Notes: a model not told the origin generated them from the letters alone. 31,638 bases of DNA from Nitrospinota bacterium (GCA_038108555.1 JAYNIA010000029.1:1-31638); one strand, 5' to 3'; positions 1-9,676 are shown, numbered from the stretch's first letter. A program made the numbers and translations.

Positions 1-104
1 ACAAGACTTGTCCTTTCCTTCATTAATGAGAAAAGGCAGGATACTAAAAAAAAGGACAGGTTAAAACAGAAAGAAGTATTTTTTAACTGAAGGTTGCCTT
101 TAAA

Positions 105-1034
105 TTATTTCTTTTGTAGTCCGTGTCGGAACTGATGATAAAAATCCCGGACGCTTTCATATTCATCCAGCGCATGGTCTTCGAGTTGGTCTTTATCATC
201 CAGTATAAATGAAGCTGAATTAACCATATCTTCAGCATTAACTACGACATTTGTGCCGAAGCTCGCCCCGGTCAAAGCACCTGGGCTCATTAGGGCATCA
301 ACGGTTCGGCCAACTATATTACGAGCTGTGGATGGGCCAAAAAAAGGCAAGACCACATAAGGTCCGGTGGGAATACCGTAATACCCCATTGCCTGATCAA
401 AATCTTCATTTACATCTTCGATTTCATATTCTTCCCCGGCAACATCTGCAAAGCCACCAAACCCAACGGTAGTATTAATCAAAGTGCGGGCTAAAACCCT
501 ACCCGATTTTTTGAATTCCAACTGCAACAGGCTGCTTAAAAATTTGACGGGAGCCAGGGCATTGTTGAAAACATTCCTTATGCCAATCCTCAGGTGTTCA
601 TGAACTGTGTCCCTGTAGCCTCTTGCAACAGGTTCCAATGCATAATCATATATGGCTTCATTTATTCCAAACATCCATCGGTTGTAACCTTCAAAAGGGT
701 CTGAAAGAATGGGAATGTCCTCTTCCGCCCCAGCAAAAGGATCTTCTAAACCCTCGTAATCATCTGGATCCTGGGAATATCTCTGGGTTCCCTGAGCCGT
801 TTCAATGGAATTAGGCCAGTCATCGCCACTGGATTTAGGAAGTTGTTTTTCAAGTTTAATAGTGACATCAGAAGTTTGAGCAACTACATTATCACCCACA
901 TTGGAAATGAAATTAGGGGTTCCATTTTTTGCAGATGCGTTCTGCGGATTACTTGCCCACAAAGATGAACAATTTAAAGAAAGAAAAATTACGGCAATGA
1001 AAAATGTTTTGCCTATAAACGTTTTTTTAGACAT
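105..1034 (-). CDS. mlaA: MlaA/VacJ family outer-membrane lipid asymmetry protein with N-terminal extension
   Basis: Motifs DPFEGYNRWMF, RTLINTTVGFGG, EDFDQAMGYYGIPTGPYVVLPFFGPSTAR and YESVRDFY match the MlaA family; hydrophobic N-terminal signal. Confidence 0.9.
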   Translation of the reverse strand: MSKKTFIGKTFFIAVIFLSLNCSSLWASNPQNASAKNGTPNFISNVGDNVVAQTSDVTIKLEKQLPKSSGDDWPNSIETAQGTQRYSQDPDDYEGLEDPFAGAEEDIPILSDPFEGYNRWMFGINEAIYDYALEPVARGYRDTVHEHLRIGIRNVFNNALAPVKFLSSLLQLEFKKSGRVLARTLINTTVGFGGFADVAGEEYEIEDVNEDFDQAMGYYGIPTGPYVVLPFFGPSTARNIVGRTVDALMSPGALTGASFGTNVVVNAEDMVNSASFILDDKDQLEDHALDEYESVRDFYHQFRHGLQKK

Positions 1035-1249
1035 TATTCCTCTCTATTTATCTAATGTTATGAAAGTGCTGCAGCCGTCAAAACTGGCCAATGCAATATG
1101 AATATATCAAAATTTTTAGTTTGTGCACCTAAATTTCTTGTCTAAATACAAATGTTTGCAATTTTGACACAAAACCCAATTTTATGAAAATAAAGCATTT
1201 TTCATGCCATTTTCCATTAGTCGGGTCCCCCTGCAAAACTTATCAGAAA

Positions 1250-1990
1250 TTATTTAGGTTCTGGAAAGGACTGGGCCAATCTGTCGATAGAACCCTGGGG
1301 AATGGAAAGGTTTGCCTCACGGGCCTTTTTAACGGTCTCCCAAGCCTCTTTATAACGTTTGAGATTATATAGGACATCCACACGGATTCCATATGCCATA
1401 CTATTTAGGGGGTGAAGAGCAAGACTTTCCTCCAGCTTGGAAAGGGCATCCTCATAATTTCCCAGAGCATTTAATGACGCTCCCCAGTAGGCATAAGCAT
1501 TACTATGTTCCGGGTTTATTTCAAGGACAGTACGGTAATGCTTTATAGCTTCTTTAAATTTCTTGTCCATTGCCAGAGTCAACCCCCAATAAAGATGGGC
1601 TTTTTCGTCTGTGGGATCATTTTTAGCGGCAATCACAAAATGATTTATGGCTTCCTGGGTTTTCTTGAGTTTAACAAGTGAAATTCCCCACCAGGTGTGA
1701 ACTTTGGCGTGATCAGGAAATTCACCGGCCACCTTTTGAGCCATATCAACAGCATCCTGGTACCGACCCAACGCATTCATTTCTCGAATAGTTTTTATTG
1801 GGTCGATTTTTATTTTCTCTTTCTGCTCCGCTGATTTTTTTAATTGCTGAAGACGGGCCTGGGATCTTTTATCCGCCCTTTCCTCCGCCAGCATAGCTTC
1901 CTGCATCTGATCTTTTGCAGCCAGATACAAAAATCCGACAATCGTAATAACGATACAAAGGTACCAAATAAGTTTGATTTTAGTGGGCAT
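1250..1990 (-). CDS. Membrane-anchored tetratricopeptide repeat protein
   Basis: N-terminal TM helix, charged helical linker, then repeated TPR units (AHLYWGLTLA...EAIKHYRTVLEINP, AYAYWGASLN...ALSKLEESLALHP). Confidence 0.85.
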   Translation of the reverse strand: MPTKIKLIWYLCIVITIVGFLYLAAKDQMQEAMLAEERADKRSQARLQQLKKSAEQKEKIKIDPIKTIREMNALGRYQDAVDMAQKVAGEFPDHAKVHTWWGISLVKLKKTQEAINHFVIAAKNDPTDEKAHLYWGLTLAMDKKFKEAIKHYRTVLEINPEHSNAYAYWGASLNALGNYEDALSKLEESLALHPLNSMAYGIRVDVLYNLKRYKEAWETVKKAREANLSIPQGSIDRLAQSFPEPK

Positions 1991-2073
1991 TCAATTTGAC
2001 TTTCAAATATTCGGGATAATTTTTCCGGCAGGGCCTATGATATTTGTGTGAGTATACCTTATATTCAAAAGGA

Positions 2074-5000
2074 TCAAAGCCTCTTTAATAATTTTTCTGC
2101 TTTTTGAATTAACCTTCCGTGTTCCGTCCGGCCCTCCTCTAATTTCAGAAATGAAGATAGATGTCCCCGGGCCGATGATGGATCCGAATTTGCCAACTGC
2201 ACTCCCAGATAATAATGGGCCAAAGAATAATTCGGATTTCTTTTCAAAGAATCCTCAAATTCTTCGATGGCTCGAGAAGCCTCCTTTTTAAAAGCGTGGG
2301 CCAATCCCATAAAAAGGCTGAGTTCATGATCCCCTTCATACCATTCAAGGGTACCTTTTAAAAGTTGGATGGCTTTATCCGGTTGGCCTGAAAATATATA
2401 CAACCTTGCCAAACGGATACTTCCAAAAACATAAAAAGGGTTGGCATCAAGAGCCCCCAAATAAGCCTCTTCTGCTTCCCGGTTCAATTTTAATTCCTGA
2501 TAGATATTTCCCATATTCATCCTGGCCAGGATATGACGGGAGTCCATCGCAAGAACTTGTTTGTAAAAAGTCAGGGCTTGAGTGATATCTCCCACATTGT
2601 ATGCGGCTTCTGCCTGCTCCAATAAAGTTTCAATTCGAGCCTTGAGTTTTATCTCCTCAATCTGGCTTTCAGACCGCTCCAGTTTCGACAGCCTTTTTTT
2701 AATCCCGGGAATAATTTCAGGGTCCGTATTTCCAAACCGCACAAAATCCGGTTGCAACTTAACAAAGGGGGTTATTTGCCTTACCAACACATCCCTTTCA
2801 TCTTTATAAACGTACTCCGGGGCATTGAATTCAAGAAGCGAGTTATCATCGGTATGCAAGGGAGCATTCTGGCTGAACTCTACGAGTTGGGGGCGAGACA
2901 TGATCATTAGACTCATCAGGTCAGGTACGTTCCGGACCCCTATCTGAGCTAAATCTTTTCCTGTAGCTTCGTCTGCAAAAAGCTTTTCCGCCTTTTCAAA
3001 TGACAACCCATATTCCTGTTCAGAACCAATCAGCAGATAGTCGTCCCCTGCAATAGACTCCCACATCGTCACAAAAGGAAATTGGTCAGTAAATGATCGG
3101 ATAATGGATTTAAAGCTATCTGGGGACATGTTGGTATGAACCCAAATGCAGGCTAAACCACCCGGATTCAACCTCTTTTTTAACCGTTCAAAAAAGTCCA
3201 CCGTAAACAAACCACCCACACCGGAAATCCAGGGGTTGGAAGGCTCGGAAACAATCACATCGTAGGTATTGTTGGACAAGGCAATATGGTTCCTCCCATC
3301 CTCCAGTAAAAGCGTAAGTCTCTTGTCATTTAGCGCTTCATGGTTGAATGGATCAAAAAATCTCGAACCTTCTATTACAGCCTTTGAAATTTCTACAAGA
3401 TTAATTTTGTCCACCGGAAATTGTGTAACCGCACCTAAAGTAATTCCACTTCCCTGGCCAATTACCAGGGCCGATTTTGGATTTTTATGAAAAAGCATGG
3501 GCAAATAGCCGGATAACAACTGAGTTCTCATATCCAACGCCAATGAAGCATCTGTTTTTCCATTAACCCGCAGAAAAATGTTTCCCGAAGTGGAAAGTTC
3601 GGTGGTAACCGTTGTGTGCATGCCCTCTTTAAAATAAAGGATCTTATTTTTCTTAAGTTCGGCCTCTTTAAGATCTCCAATCCGATAAGGCATGAAAGAT
3701 CCACTGGAAATTACAGATTTATCCCAGGGCGCTATTCGATTGGCCATTAACACACAGAGAATTAAAAGCCCTGGTAGAAAATACATTTTCCAGTTAAAAC
3801 TGAGTTGAGAGCCAAAAGCCAAAAGGCTGATTCCCAATAGAACATTCAGAAAAACCACGGTCACAAGAGTGGCCTGCAACCCTAAAAAAGGAATGAGGAC
3901 AAAGCCTGCCAGAAAGGAACCAATAATCGTCCCCACAGTATTGAAGGCATAAATCCTCCCGACGTTTTGGCCAACGGTTTCCAGCCGTGTTGCCAACAAC
4001 CGGACCACAATCGGAAATTGAGCCCCCATAAAAAAGGTTGGGATAAAAAGCAGACTCATAATAGTGATGAAATTGGCTCCCTGCACAAACAGAAATTCCT
4101 GTCCCCAATTCTCATAAACCCACCGGTTGATAAAAGGAATATAACCAAAGAGGGGGACCGTCGATAGAGAAGAAAATCCAATTATTATTTGAATTAGGCC
4201 ATACTCCCTTATGCCATACTTAAATAGATTAAGGGCTCTGGAGGCGGTTACGGTTCCCACCGCCAATCCAAAAATAAAGACGGTCAGAATAAGGCTAAAG
4301 GCATAAACAGATGACCCAATCAGTAGGGATAAAATTCGAGTCCAGGCGACCTGATATACCAGGGCAGCTAACCCGGAAAGAGCAAAGCTAAGCAGGATGA
4401 ACCCATCCCGTTTTTGCATTGGAGGAAGTTCCTCTGAAGACTCTTTAAAATCCCCCTCCCTTTTCAGCCCTGGCTTAAACACAAAATAAATTATTAAAGC
4501 GATTCCAATATTGGCAGCTGCCGCTACAGCTATCGTGGCCTGCACTCCTATAAATCGCATCAAAATAAATGCAGAAGCCAAGGCACCTACTACTGCACCA
4601 AAGGTGTTCAGCGAATATAGAGTACCGACGTCTTTACCTATATAATTTTCATCCTGAGAAACAAATTTACTGAGAACAGGAAGCGTAGCTCCCATAAAAG
4701 TGGCAGGAATAATTAACAAAGAGGCACAAACCAAAAATCGAACCAGACTGGTTTGGGTGTAGGAATCCCCCAGATTTAGATAAATCCATTGGAAAAGAGG
4801 GAATGCCATCTCGATCAATGTGGGAATGAGCAAACAGTAAACCCCTATCCCCGCCTCAAGGATGGCATAGGCGGCCAGGGGATTGAATTTACGATCAATG
4901 ATTTTACCGCCAAAGAAACTCCCGAGTGCCAACCCTCCCATGAATGCAGTTAAAACAGTCGCAATGGAGTACTGAGTATTCCCCATGATTAAGGTGAGCA

Positions 5001-5106
5001 GACGCGTCCACACCACCTCGTAAATGAGACCGGTAGCACCTGAAATGAAAAAAAACAGGAAAATCCAGATTCTGGAAGGGAGTTTCAGCGGAGCCTCTCC
5101 ACTCAT
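2074..5106 (-). CDS. Fused multi-TM (MFS-like) / spermidine synthase-like SAM-binding domain protein with C-terminal TPRs
   Basis: Two repeated membrane modules (SGATGLIYEVVWTRLL / SGLAALVYQVAWTRIL), Rossmann motif LVIGQGSGIT, VEIS, EDGRNHI, YDVIVSEPSNPW, then TPR repeats. Confidence 0.88.
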   Translation of the reverse strand: MSGEAPLKLPSRIWIFLFFFISGATGLIYEVVWTRLLTLIMGNTQYSIATVLTAFMGGLALGSFFGGKIIDRKFNPLAAYAILEAGIGVYCLLIPTLIEMAFPLFQWIYLNLGDSYTQTSLVRFLVCASLLIIPATFMGATLPVLSKFVSQDENYIGKDVGTLYSLNTFGAVVGALASAFILMRFIGVQATIAVAAAANIGIALIIYFVFKPGLKREGDFKESSEELPPMQKRDGFILLSFALSGLAALVYQVAWTRILSLLIGSSVYAFSLILTVFIFGLAVGTVTASRALNLFKYGIREYGLIQIIIGFSSLSTVPLFGYIPFINRWVYENWGQEFLFVQGANFITIMSLLFIPTFFMGAQFPIVVRLLATRLETVGQNVGRIYAFNTVGTIIGSFLAGFVLIPFLGLQATLVTVVFLNVLLGISLLAFGSQLSFNWKMYFLPGLLILCVLMANRIAPWDKSVISSGSFMPYRIGDLKEAELKKNKILYFKEGMHTTVTTELSTSGNIFLRVNGKTDASLALDMRTQLLSGYLPMLFHKNPKSALVIGQGSGITLGAVTQFPVDKINLVEISKAVIEGSRFFDPFNHEALNDKRLTLLLEDGRNHIALSNNTYDVIVSEPSNPWISGVGGLFTVDFFERLKKRLNPGGLACIWVHTNMSPDSFKSIIRSFTDQFPFVTMWESIAGDDYLLIGSEQEYGLSFEKAEKLFADEATGKDLAQIGVRNVPDLMSLMIMSRPQLVEFSQNAPLHTDDNSLLEFNAPEYVYKDERDVLVRQITPFVKLQPDFVRFGNTDPEIIPGIKKRLSKLERSESQIEEIKLKARIETLLEQAEAAYNVGDITQALTFYKQVLAMDSRHILARMNMGNIYQELKLNREAEEAYLGALDANPFYVFGSIRLARLYIFSGQPDKAIQLLKGTLEWYEGDHELSLFMGLAHAFKKEASRAIEEFEDSLKRNPNYSLAHYYLGVQLANSDPSSARGHLSSFLKLEEGRTEHGRLIQKAEKLLKRL

Positions 5107-5196
5107 AGAAACAGGGCCAAAATTGGCCGGTGGTGAAAGTCAAATACCAAACGTTTTAAGAATTCTATATAACGGAATCGTTCTTTAATGATGCAA

Positions 5197-6093
5197 TTAT
5201 TTTTTTTCTTCTTTTGAGCGAGCACAACGAAAACCTACAATGCTGTCTTTACGCCCTGGAGAAGCCGCAAACCTTTTTGAGGTACGAATGTCGACACTCC
5301 TGGCATCCCATGATCCGCCTTTAAACACATGATTCTTTCCATCTTCGGGGCCGGTTGGATTCATGATGGGAGCTTTCTGGTAATAAAACTGGTCGTAAAA
5401 ATCGTTCACCCATTCGGAAACGTTTCCGGCCATATCGTAAACCCCGTAGACACTCCTTCCCATAGGGTAACTCCCCACCGGACCCATATAGGAGTACCCG
5501 TCCTTGGTTCCGGCAAAGTTGGCACGCTTAGGAAGAATTTTATTTCCCCAGGGGTATTTTAAGCCATGAGTCCCTCTGGCCGCTTTTTCCCATTCCGCTT
5601 CGGTTGGGAGTCTTTTACCAGCCCAGGTGCAATAGTTTGTTGCATCGTGCCAGGAAACCCCTACAACCGCATGACTGGGCACCTTCATCACTTTATCGTC
5701 TCCCGGGAAAAACGGTACGGAGGGCTCTACATAATTGGCGGCTTTTCGAAATTTGTCATATTCTTTCACACTGACTTCGTATTTATCTATATAGAAGGCA
5801 TCCAGATAAATTTCCTGCGATGGTTTTTCATCATAACCACCTTCGTCGGACCCGCGTGTAAAAATTCCTTCCGGAATCAAAACCATTTCCCGACCATCAT
5901 CGCCCACCAGAGTTTCATAGATACTGAAATCCCGATTATCGGCCACCTCCACATCATTGGTTTTTTTTGCCATTTGTTGTACTCTCTCGTCATGGTCAAT
6001 GGATTTTTTAATCTCCCAGATTATGACAAGCAAAAACGCTATTGAAATGACAAAGCAGAAGATAACACCGATCATTAAATTTTTATCACGCAT
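5197..6093 (-). CDS. Formylglycine-generating enzyme (SUMF1/FGE-sulfatase) fold protein, membrane anchored
   Basis: FYIDKYEVS, VSWHDATNYCTWAGKRLPTEAEWEKAARG, DMAGNVSEW, KGGSW, VGFRCA. ATG at 6093 preferred over the TTG at 6117. Confidence 0.88.
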   Translation of the reverse strand: MRDKNLMIGVIFCFVISIAFLLVIIWEIKKSIDHDERVQQMAKKTNDVEVADNRDFSIYETLVGDDGREMVLIPEGIFTRGSDEGGYDEKPSQEIYLDAFYIDKYEVSVKEYDKFRKAANYVEPSVPFFPGDDKVMKVPSHAVVGVSWHDATNYCTWAGKRLPTEAEWEKAARGTHGLKYPWGNKILPKRANFAGTKDGYSYMGPVGSYPMGRSVYGVYDMAGNVSEWVNDFYDQFYYQKAPIMNPTGPEDGKNHVFKGGSWDARSVDIRTSKRFAASPGRKDSIVGFRCARSKEEKK

Positions 6094-6220
6094 GGGCAGT
6101 CCCAAGAAATAGTTCAATCACAAATTTTTCAAAGAGATGATTATAGTTTAATCCCTCATTAAAGCAATATCATTTTAAGATCAAACTTAAAAGGCATTTA
6201 TAAAAAAAACAGGATAAAAA

Positions 6221-7006
6221 ATGGCAATGAATTTGTTAAAGGTGAAAGATCAGGCTCTGTCTTTTATGAAACCTGCGAAAACGGAGATCATGAAATGGTT
6301 CCGGGGACAATACCAGGTTGACCTCAAAACCGACTCCAGTCCTGTAACCATTGCTGATAGAAACGCAGAAGAAATTCTCAGGAAAAAGCTTGCAAAACAT
6401 TTTCCCGAACACGGGATCATTGGAGAAGAGTTTGGAAACCACAACACCGATGCAGAATGGGTTTGGACCATCGATCCCGTGGATGGCACCCGGTCATTCA
6501 TTCAAGGCTTGCCCCTTTTTGCTTCTATGATGGCACTGCTTCACAAAGGTGAACCGGTACTGGGTATCCTTGAGCTCCCTGCTCTCGGAGAAACTGCCTG
6601 GGCCGTTCAAGGTAAGGGAGCTTTTTTAAACGGAAAACCATTAAAAGTTTCCAGGCAAAAAAAATTAAAAGGAGCTTTCGTTGCAGTCGCAGACTGGTAT
6701 TGCTTCAAACAACAAAAACACACCTCGCTTTATAACCAACTGAACAAAGAAGCAAATATTGTCAGGACCTACCCGGATGCTTTCGGCCATCTGATGGCAA
6801 TCCGAGGGTCCGTAGACGTTATGATTGATCCCATCGCAAAAATATGGGATTACGCCCCCTGTAAAATTCTTGTTCAGGAAGCAGGAGGAAAGTTTGCAAA
6901 CTTTTCAGGGAACCGCGCAAGTATCGAGGAAGGAACCGCAATTGTCGGCAACGCACAAATCGTTGGGGAAGTACGGAAATTATTATCGGAAAAAAGCTCT
7001 AAATAG
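6221..7006 (+). CDS. hisN: Inositol monophosphatase family protein, probable histidinol-phosphate phosphatase
   Basis: SPVTIADR, IIGEEFG, WTIDPVDGTRSF, IWDYAP..ILVQEAGG. The family is clear; HisN specificity is inferred. Confidence 0.75.
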   Translation: MAMNLLKVKDQALSFMKPAKTEIMKWFRGQYQVDLKTDSSPVTIADRNAEEILRKKLAKHFPEHGIIGEEFGNHNTDAEWVWTIDPVDGTRSFIQGLPLFASMMALLHKGEPVLGILELPALGETAWAVQGKGAFLNGKPLKVSRQKKLKGAFVAVADWYCFKQQKHTSLYNQLNKEANIVRTYPDAFGHLMAIRGSVDVMIDPIAKIWDYAPCKILVQEAGGKFANFSGNRASIEEGTAIVGNAQIVGEVRKLLSEKSSK

Positions 7007-7379
7007 GTTTTCTTCCCGCAAAACCAGTATTGAGATCATGCCAAAATAAAATTTCTTTTTCTGGCATCCGCCAGCAAAGATAAACCTCCTTGCCATCTCT
7101 TATTGAAGGGAAATCAACAAGCCCTTCACGGATTCCTTTAACCTCACATCCGACCTCATCCAGCTTATGCATGAGGTTATTATATTTTAGAACCGCATTC
7201 AGATACTCTACCCCTTGCTGACTTCCCCCGCCCCATTTAGCCTTTTCTCTGGCGTTTTTAATATCCGGGAAATCATTATTTAAAGAAACAGAGAGTTTTT
7301 GAATCTGAGGGACCCATTCCAGAAGCTTTGGCACATAAGAATTAGCTTCTTGAACAGTAAAAAATTTTTTAGAAGCCAT
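6999..7379 (-). CDS. DUF2203 family protein
   Basis: FTVQEAN, GCEVKG...GLVDFP...VYLCWR..E..I.FWH....GFAGRKPI pattern. ATG at 7379 chosen; stop overlaps the convergent hisN end. Confidence 0.8.
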   Translation of the reverse strand: MASKKFFTVQEANSYVPKLLEWVPQIQKLSVSLNNDFPDIKNAREKAKWGGGSQQGVEYLNAVLKYNNLMHKLDEVGCEVKGIREGLVDFPSIRDGKEVYLCWRMPEKEILFWHDLNTGFAGRKPI

Positions 7380-7654
7380 ACGGGAAATTGTTGCAGGTAT
7401 TAGAGGCAAAATTAATAAGAATAAATATTATACGGATTCAAAAATATAATTCCAAGCTCTCTTCTACGCACAATATTTCCTGTAGAAAATTTCAATCTCC
7501 ATAAATTCTTTTTAATAAATTTACTCTTAAATACAGGTATTACCCTTACCCCATATAAATGATTAAATTTAAAAGCCTTATTGGGTTAAAAATGATTGAT
7601 TTTTTGTTTTTTATTAAGATCCACACGAAGATTTTATTTTAATCCGGTTTTCTA

Positions 7655-7683
7655 TTGACAAATGAGCCATAAGGTTATAAATT
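7655..7683 (+). promoter_or_regulatory. Sigma70-type promoter upstream of secreted paralog A
   Basis: TTGACA (7655-7660), 17-nt spacer, TAAATT (7678-7683) in an AT-rich intergenic region. Confidence 0.5.
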
Positions 7684-7874
7684 CTGACAAACTTAGAATA
7701 TTTAATCCTATAAATAAAAGGGATTTTAAGGAATAAAATTTTAGGACGATCACCAGCTTGGCTTAGAAAGAAGCCATTAAAAATATCAGCTTTTGTTTAA
7801 AGGTTATTTGTTAGTTAGAAGTCCAGTTTAGTAAGAAAGTGGTTACTTAAACATCAAGTGTGGGGAGGTTAATA

Positions 7875-8339
7875 ATGAAAAAGGCAATTCTTTTCGTAGC
7901 AATCAGTGCATTTGTGGGTTTCTTGGGTTTCGGTTCCCTTGCTTCCGCTGACGACATTCTTCCGGGAGCTTATGTTCAAAATGACTCAAGTGTAATGGGT
8001 GTTGGCAGAACTATGATGGATATTGGGGCTGCAACAAGAACCATCACCAACGCGACCAATTTACGATCCCAAGCTGCCAACTCTCGAAGGCAAGTTGGAG
8101 TTAACTCTGACTATCAGTTTGGCTCTTCTCAATCTGAGCAATCCTGGAAAGCTGCCAGGACAATTGAAGAAGCTCAAGTTCGCGGCCTGGTTCCGGGCGA
8201 CTGTCAAGGCGACAACTCTGATGGCCAATACAGAAGCCAAATGAACGACAATCGTATCGATCCTTTTGGAAATCCTTACATGAAGGAAAATCTGGTATCT
8301 AACGCTCAATGCGCGGAAAACCACCCAACATTGAAGTAA
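7875..8339 (+). CDS. Secreted hypothetical protein, paralog A
   Basis: GGGAGG RBS before ATG 7875; Sec signal peptide ending ASA; strong similarity to 9095..9553; two Cys. Confidence 0.9.
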   Translation: MKKAILFVAISAFVGFLGFGSLASADDILPGAYVQNDSSVMGVGRTMMDIGAATRTITNATNLRSQAANSRRQVGVNSDYQFGSSQSEQSWKAARTIEEAQVRGLVPGDCQGDNSDGQYRSQMNDNRIDPFGNPYMKENLVSNAQCAENHPTLK

Positions 8340-8385
8340 ACCAGATTCAAATTAAAGAGAAGCAATCAACCTCTCAATGAGGTAT

Positions 8386-8422
8386 AAAGCCGGTAGAACA
8401 TAAGTTCTACCGGCTTTTTTTT
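8386..8422 (+). terminator. Intrinsic terminator
   Basis: AAAGCCGGTAGAAC-ataa-GTTCTACCGGCTTT followed by a T tract. Confidence 0.9.
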
Positions 8423-8448
8423 GGAAAATTTCTACCCTTAGAACTTGC

Positions 8449-8871
8449 ATGCCATTAAATTTCACCGCCCAGCTCATAATCTTATTTCTCCTGGCCATAG
8501 CAAAACCCTGCCTTGCTATTGATCAGGTTTCCCTGAAAAGATATCCACAACTCAGCATTCCAGTCCCTAACCCCCTGGAAACAGCCAAACTAACTCCTGG
8601 CAAAACCTTTCAAGTCAACCACAACGATTTTATCCTACAGTTTTTTTTAAACGGTCGGGATATTTTTGGCTATGTTCTGGAAAGAAACAAGAGTCGCCCT
8701 ATTCATTTCCGCTGGTGTTTTTTCAAAACCTGCGAGGAAAGCCCCTATGACTTCAAAAAGGTAATCGCCGTACCTTTCAATCCCCCCTACTCCTCCGATT
8801 TTTTTTCGATCGATTTCCCAACTTATCTTAACTACAGCTTCCAGGGTATCGAGTTTTCCTCACCCAAATAA
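8449..8871 (+). CDS. Hypothetical exported protein
   Basis: 140-aa ORF with N-terminal hydrophobic signal (…KPCLA) and an aromatic-rich mature part containing CFFKTC. Confidence 0.65.
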   Translation: MPLNFTAQLIILFLLAIAKPCLAIDQVSLKRYPQLSIPVPNPLETAKLTPGKTFQVNHNDFILQFFLNGRDIFGYVLERNKSRPIHFRWCFFKTCEESPYDFKKVIAVPFNPPYSSDFFSIDFPTYLNYSFQGIEFSSPK

Positions 8872-9094
8872 AGCCTCAAAAGCAAGAATTATCCTACATA
8901 ACGTTAGGCGAGAATACTCCTATCAATTCCCCATATAAAAATCACACGACTTATCCCCCCAAACATAGACCTACATGAATTAGGATTTATCAACATAAAA
9001 AAAACAGTCTTTAACCTATACCCCGGTTTTGAACAAATCGCTAGGATAGGTCAGTTTTTAATCCTATATAATCCTTGCAAGGGGGAGGAAAGTA

Positions 9095-9553
9095 ATGAAG
9101 AAAGTATTCATGTTTGTAGCAGCAAGCGCTTTGTTGTTCAGCTCTATCGCCTCAGCAGACACCAACATTCCTGGTGCCTACGATCAAGACAACAATGCTC
9201 AAGTAATGGGTGTTGGTCAGACCATTATGCAAATGGGTGCGCATGATCGGGCTCTCACAAATGCAGCAAACTTGCGATCAAGAGCAGCAACCTCTCGAGC
9301 CCAAGTTGGAGTAAACTCAGACTATCAGTTCGGCTCTTCTCAATCTGAGCAGTCTTGGAAACAATGGAAAACAGTAGAAGATGCAGGTGGAGTTGTAGGT
9401 CTGGTAGTCGGAGATTGTCGTGGAGATAATTCTGACGATAAATACCGAAAGCAAATGAATGCTCCACGTATTGATCCTTTTGGAAATCCTTATATGGAAG
9501 AAAAACTGGTTTCTCAGTCTGACTGCGAAATAAACCACCCAACAATTAAGTAA
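9095..9553 (+). CDS. Secreted hypothetical protein, paralog B
   Basis: GGGGAGG RBS; signal peptide ending ASA; shares QVGVNSDYQFGSSQSEQSWK and RIDPFGNPYM with paralog A. Confidence 0.9.
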   Translation: MKKVFMFVAASALLFSSIASADTNIPGAYDQDNNAQVMGVGQTIMQMGAHDRALTNAANLRSRAATSRAQVGVNSDYQFGSSQSEQSWKQWKTVEDAGGVVGLVVGDCRGDNSDDKYRKQMNAPRIDPFGNPYMEEKLVSQSDCEINHPTIK

Positions 9554-9576
9554 ATAAGTTTTTTCGTAAAGTTTTT

Positions 9577-9618
9577 AAAAGCCGGTAGAACATTTCGTTC
9601 TACCGGCTTTTTATTTTT
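9577..9618 (+). terminator. Intrinsic terminator with the same stem as 8386-8417
   Basis: AAAAGCCGGTAGAAC-atttc-GTTCTACCGGCTTTT followed by a T-rich tail. Confidence 0.9.
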
Positions 9619-9676
9619 CTCCACACCACAAATTCCCTTTCCATTAAATCACTTCTTTTTTCTACTGAAAAAAACC

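Noticed and set aside
1..104. Possible start of a gene running off the left edge (minus-strand ATG at 23)
   Set aside because: Too little sequence and no clear RBS.
8386..9611. The two identical hairpins as CRISPR repeats or IS ends
   Set aside because: There are only two copies, each right after a paralog's stop and followed by a T tract; best explained as terminators duplicated with the gene.
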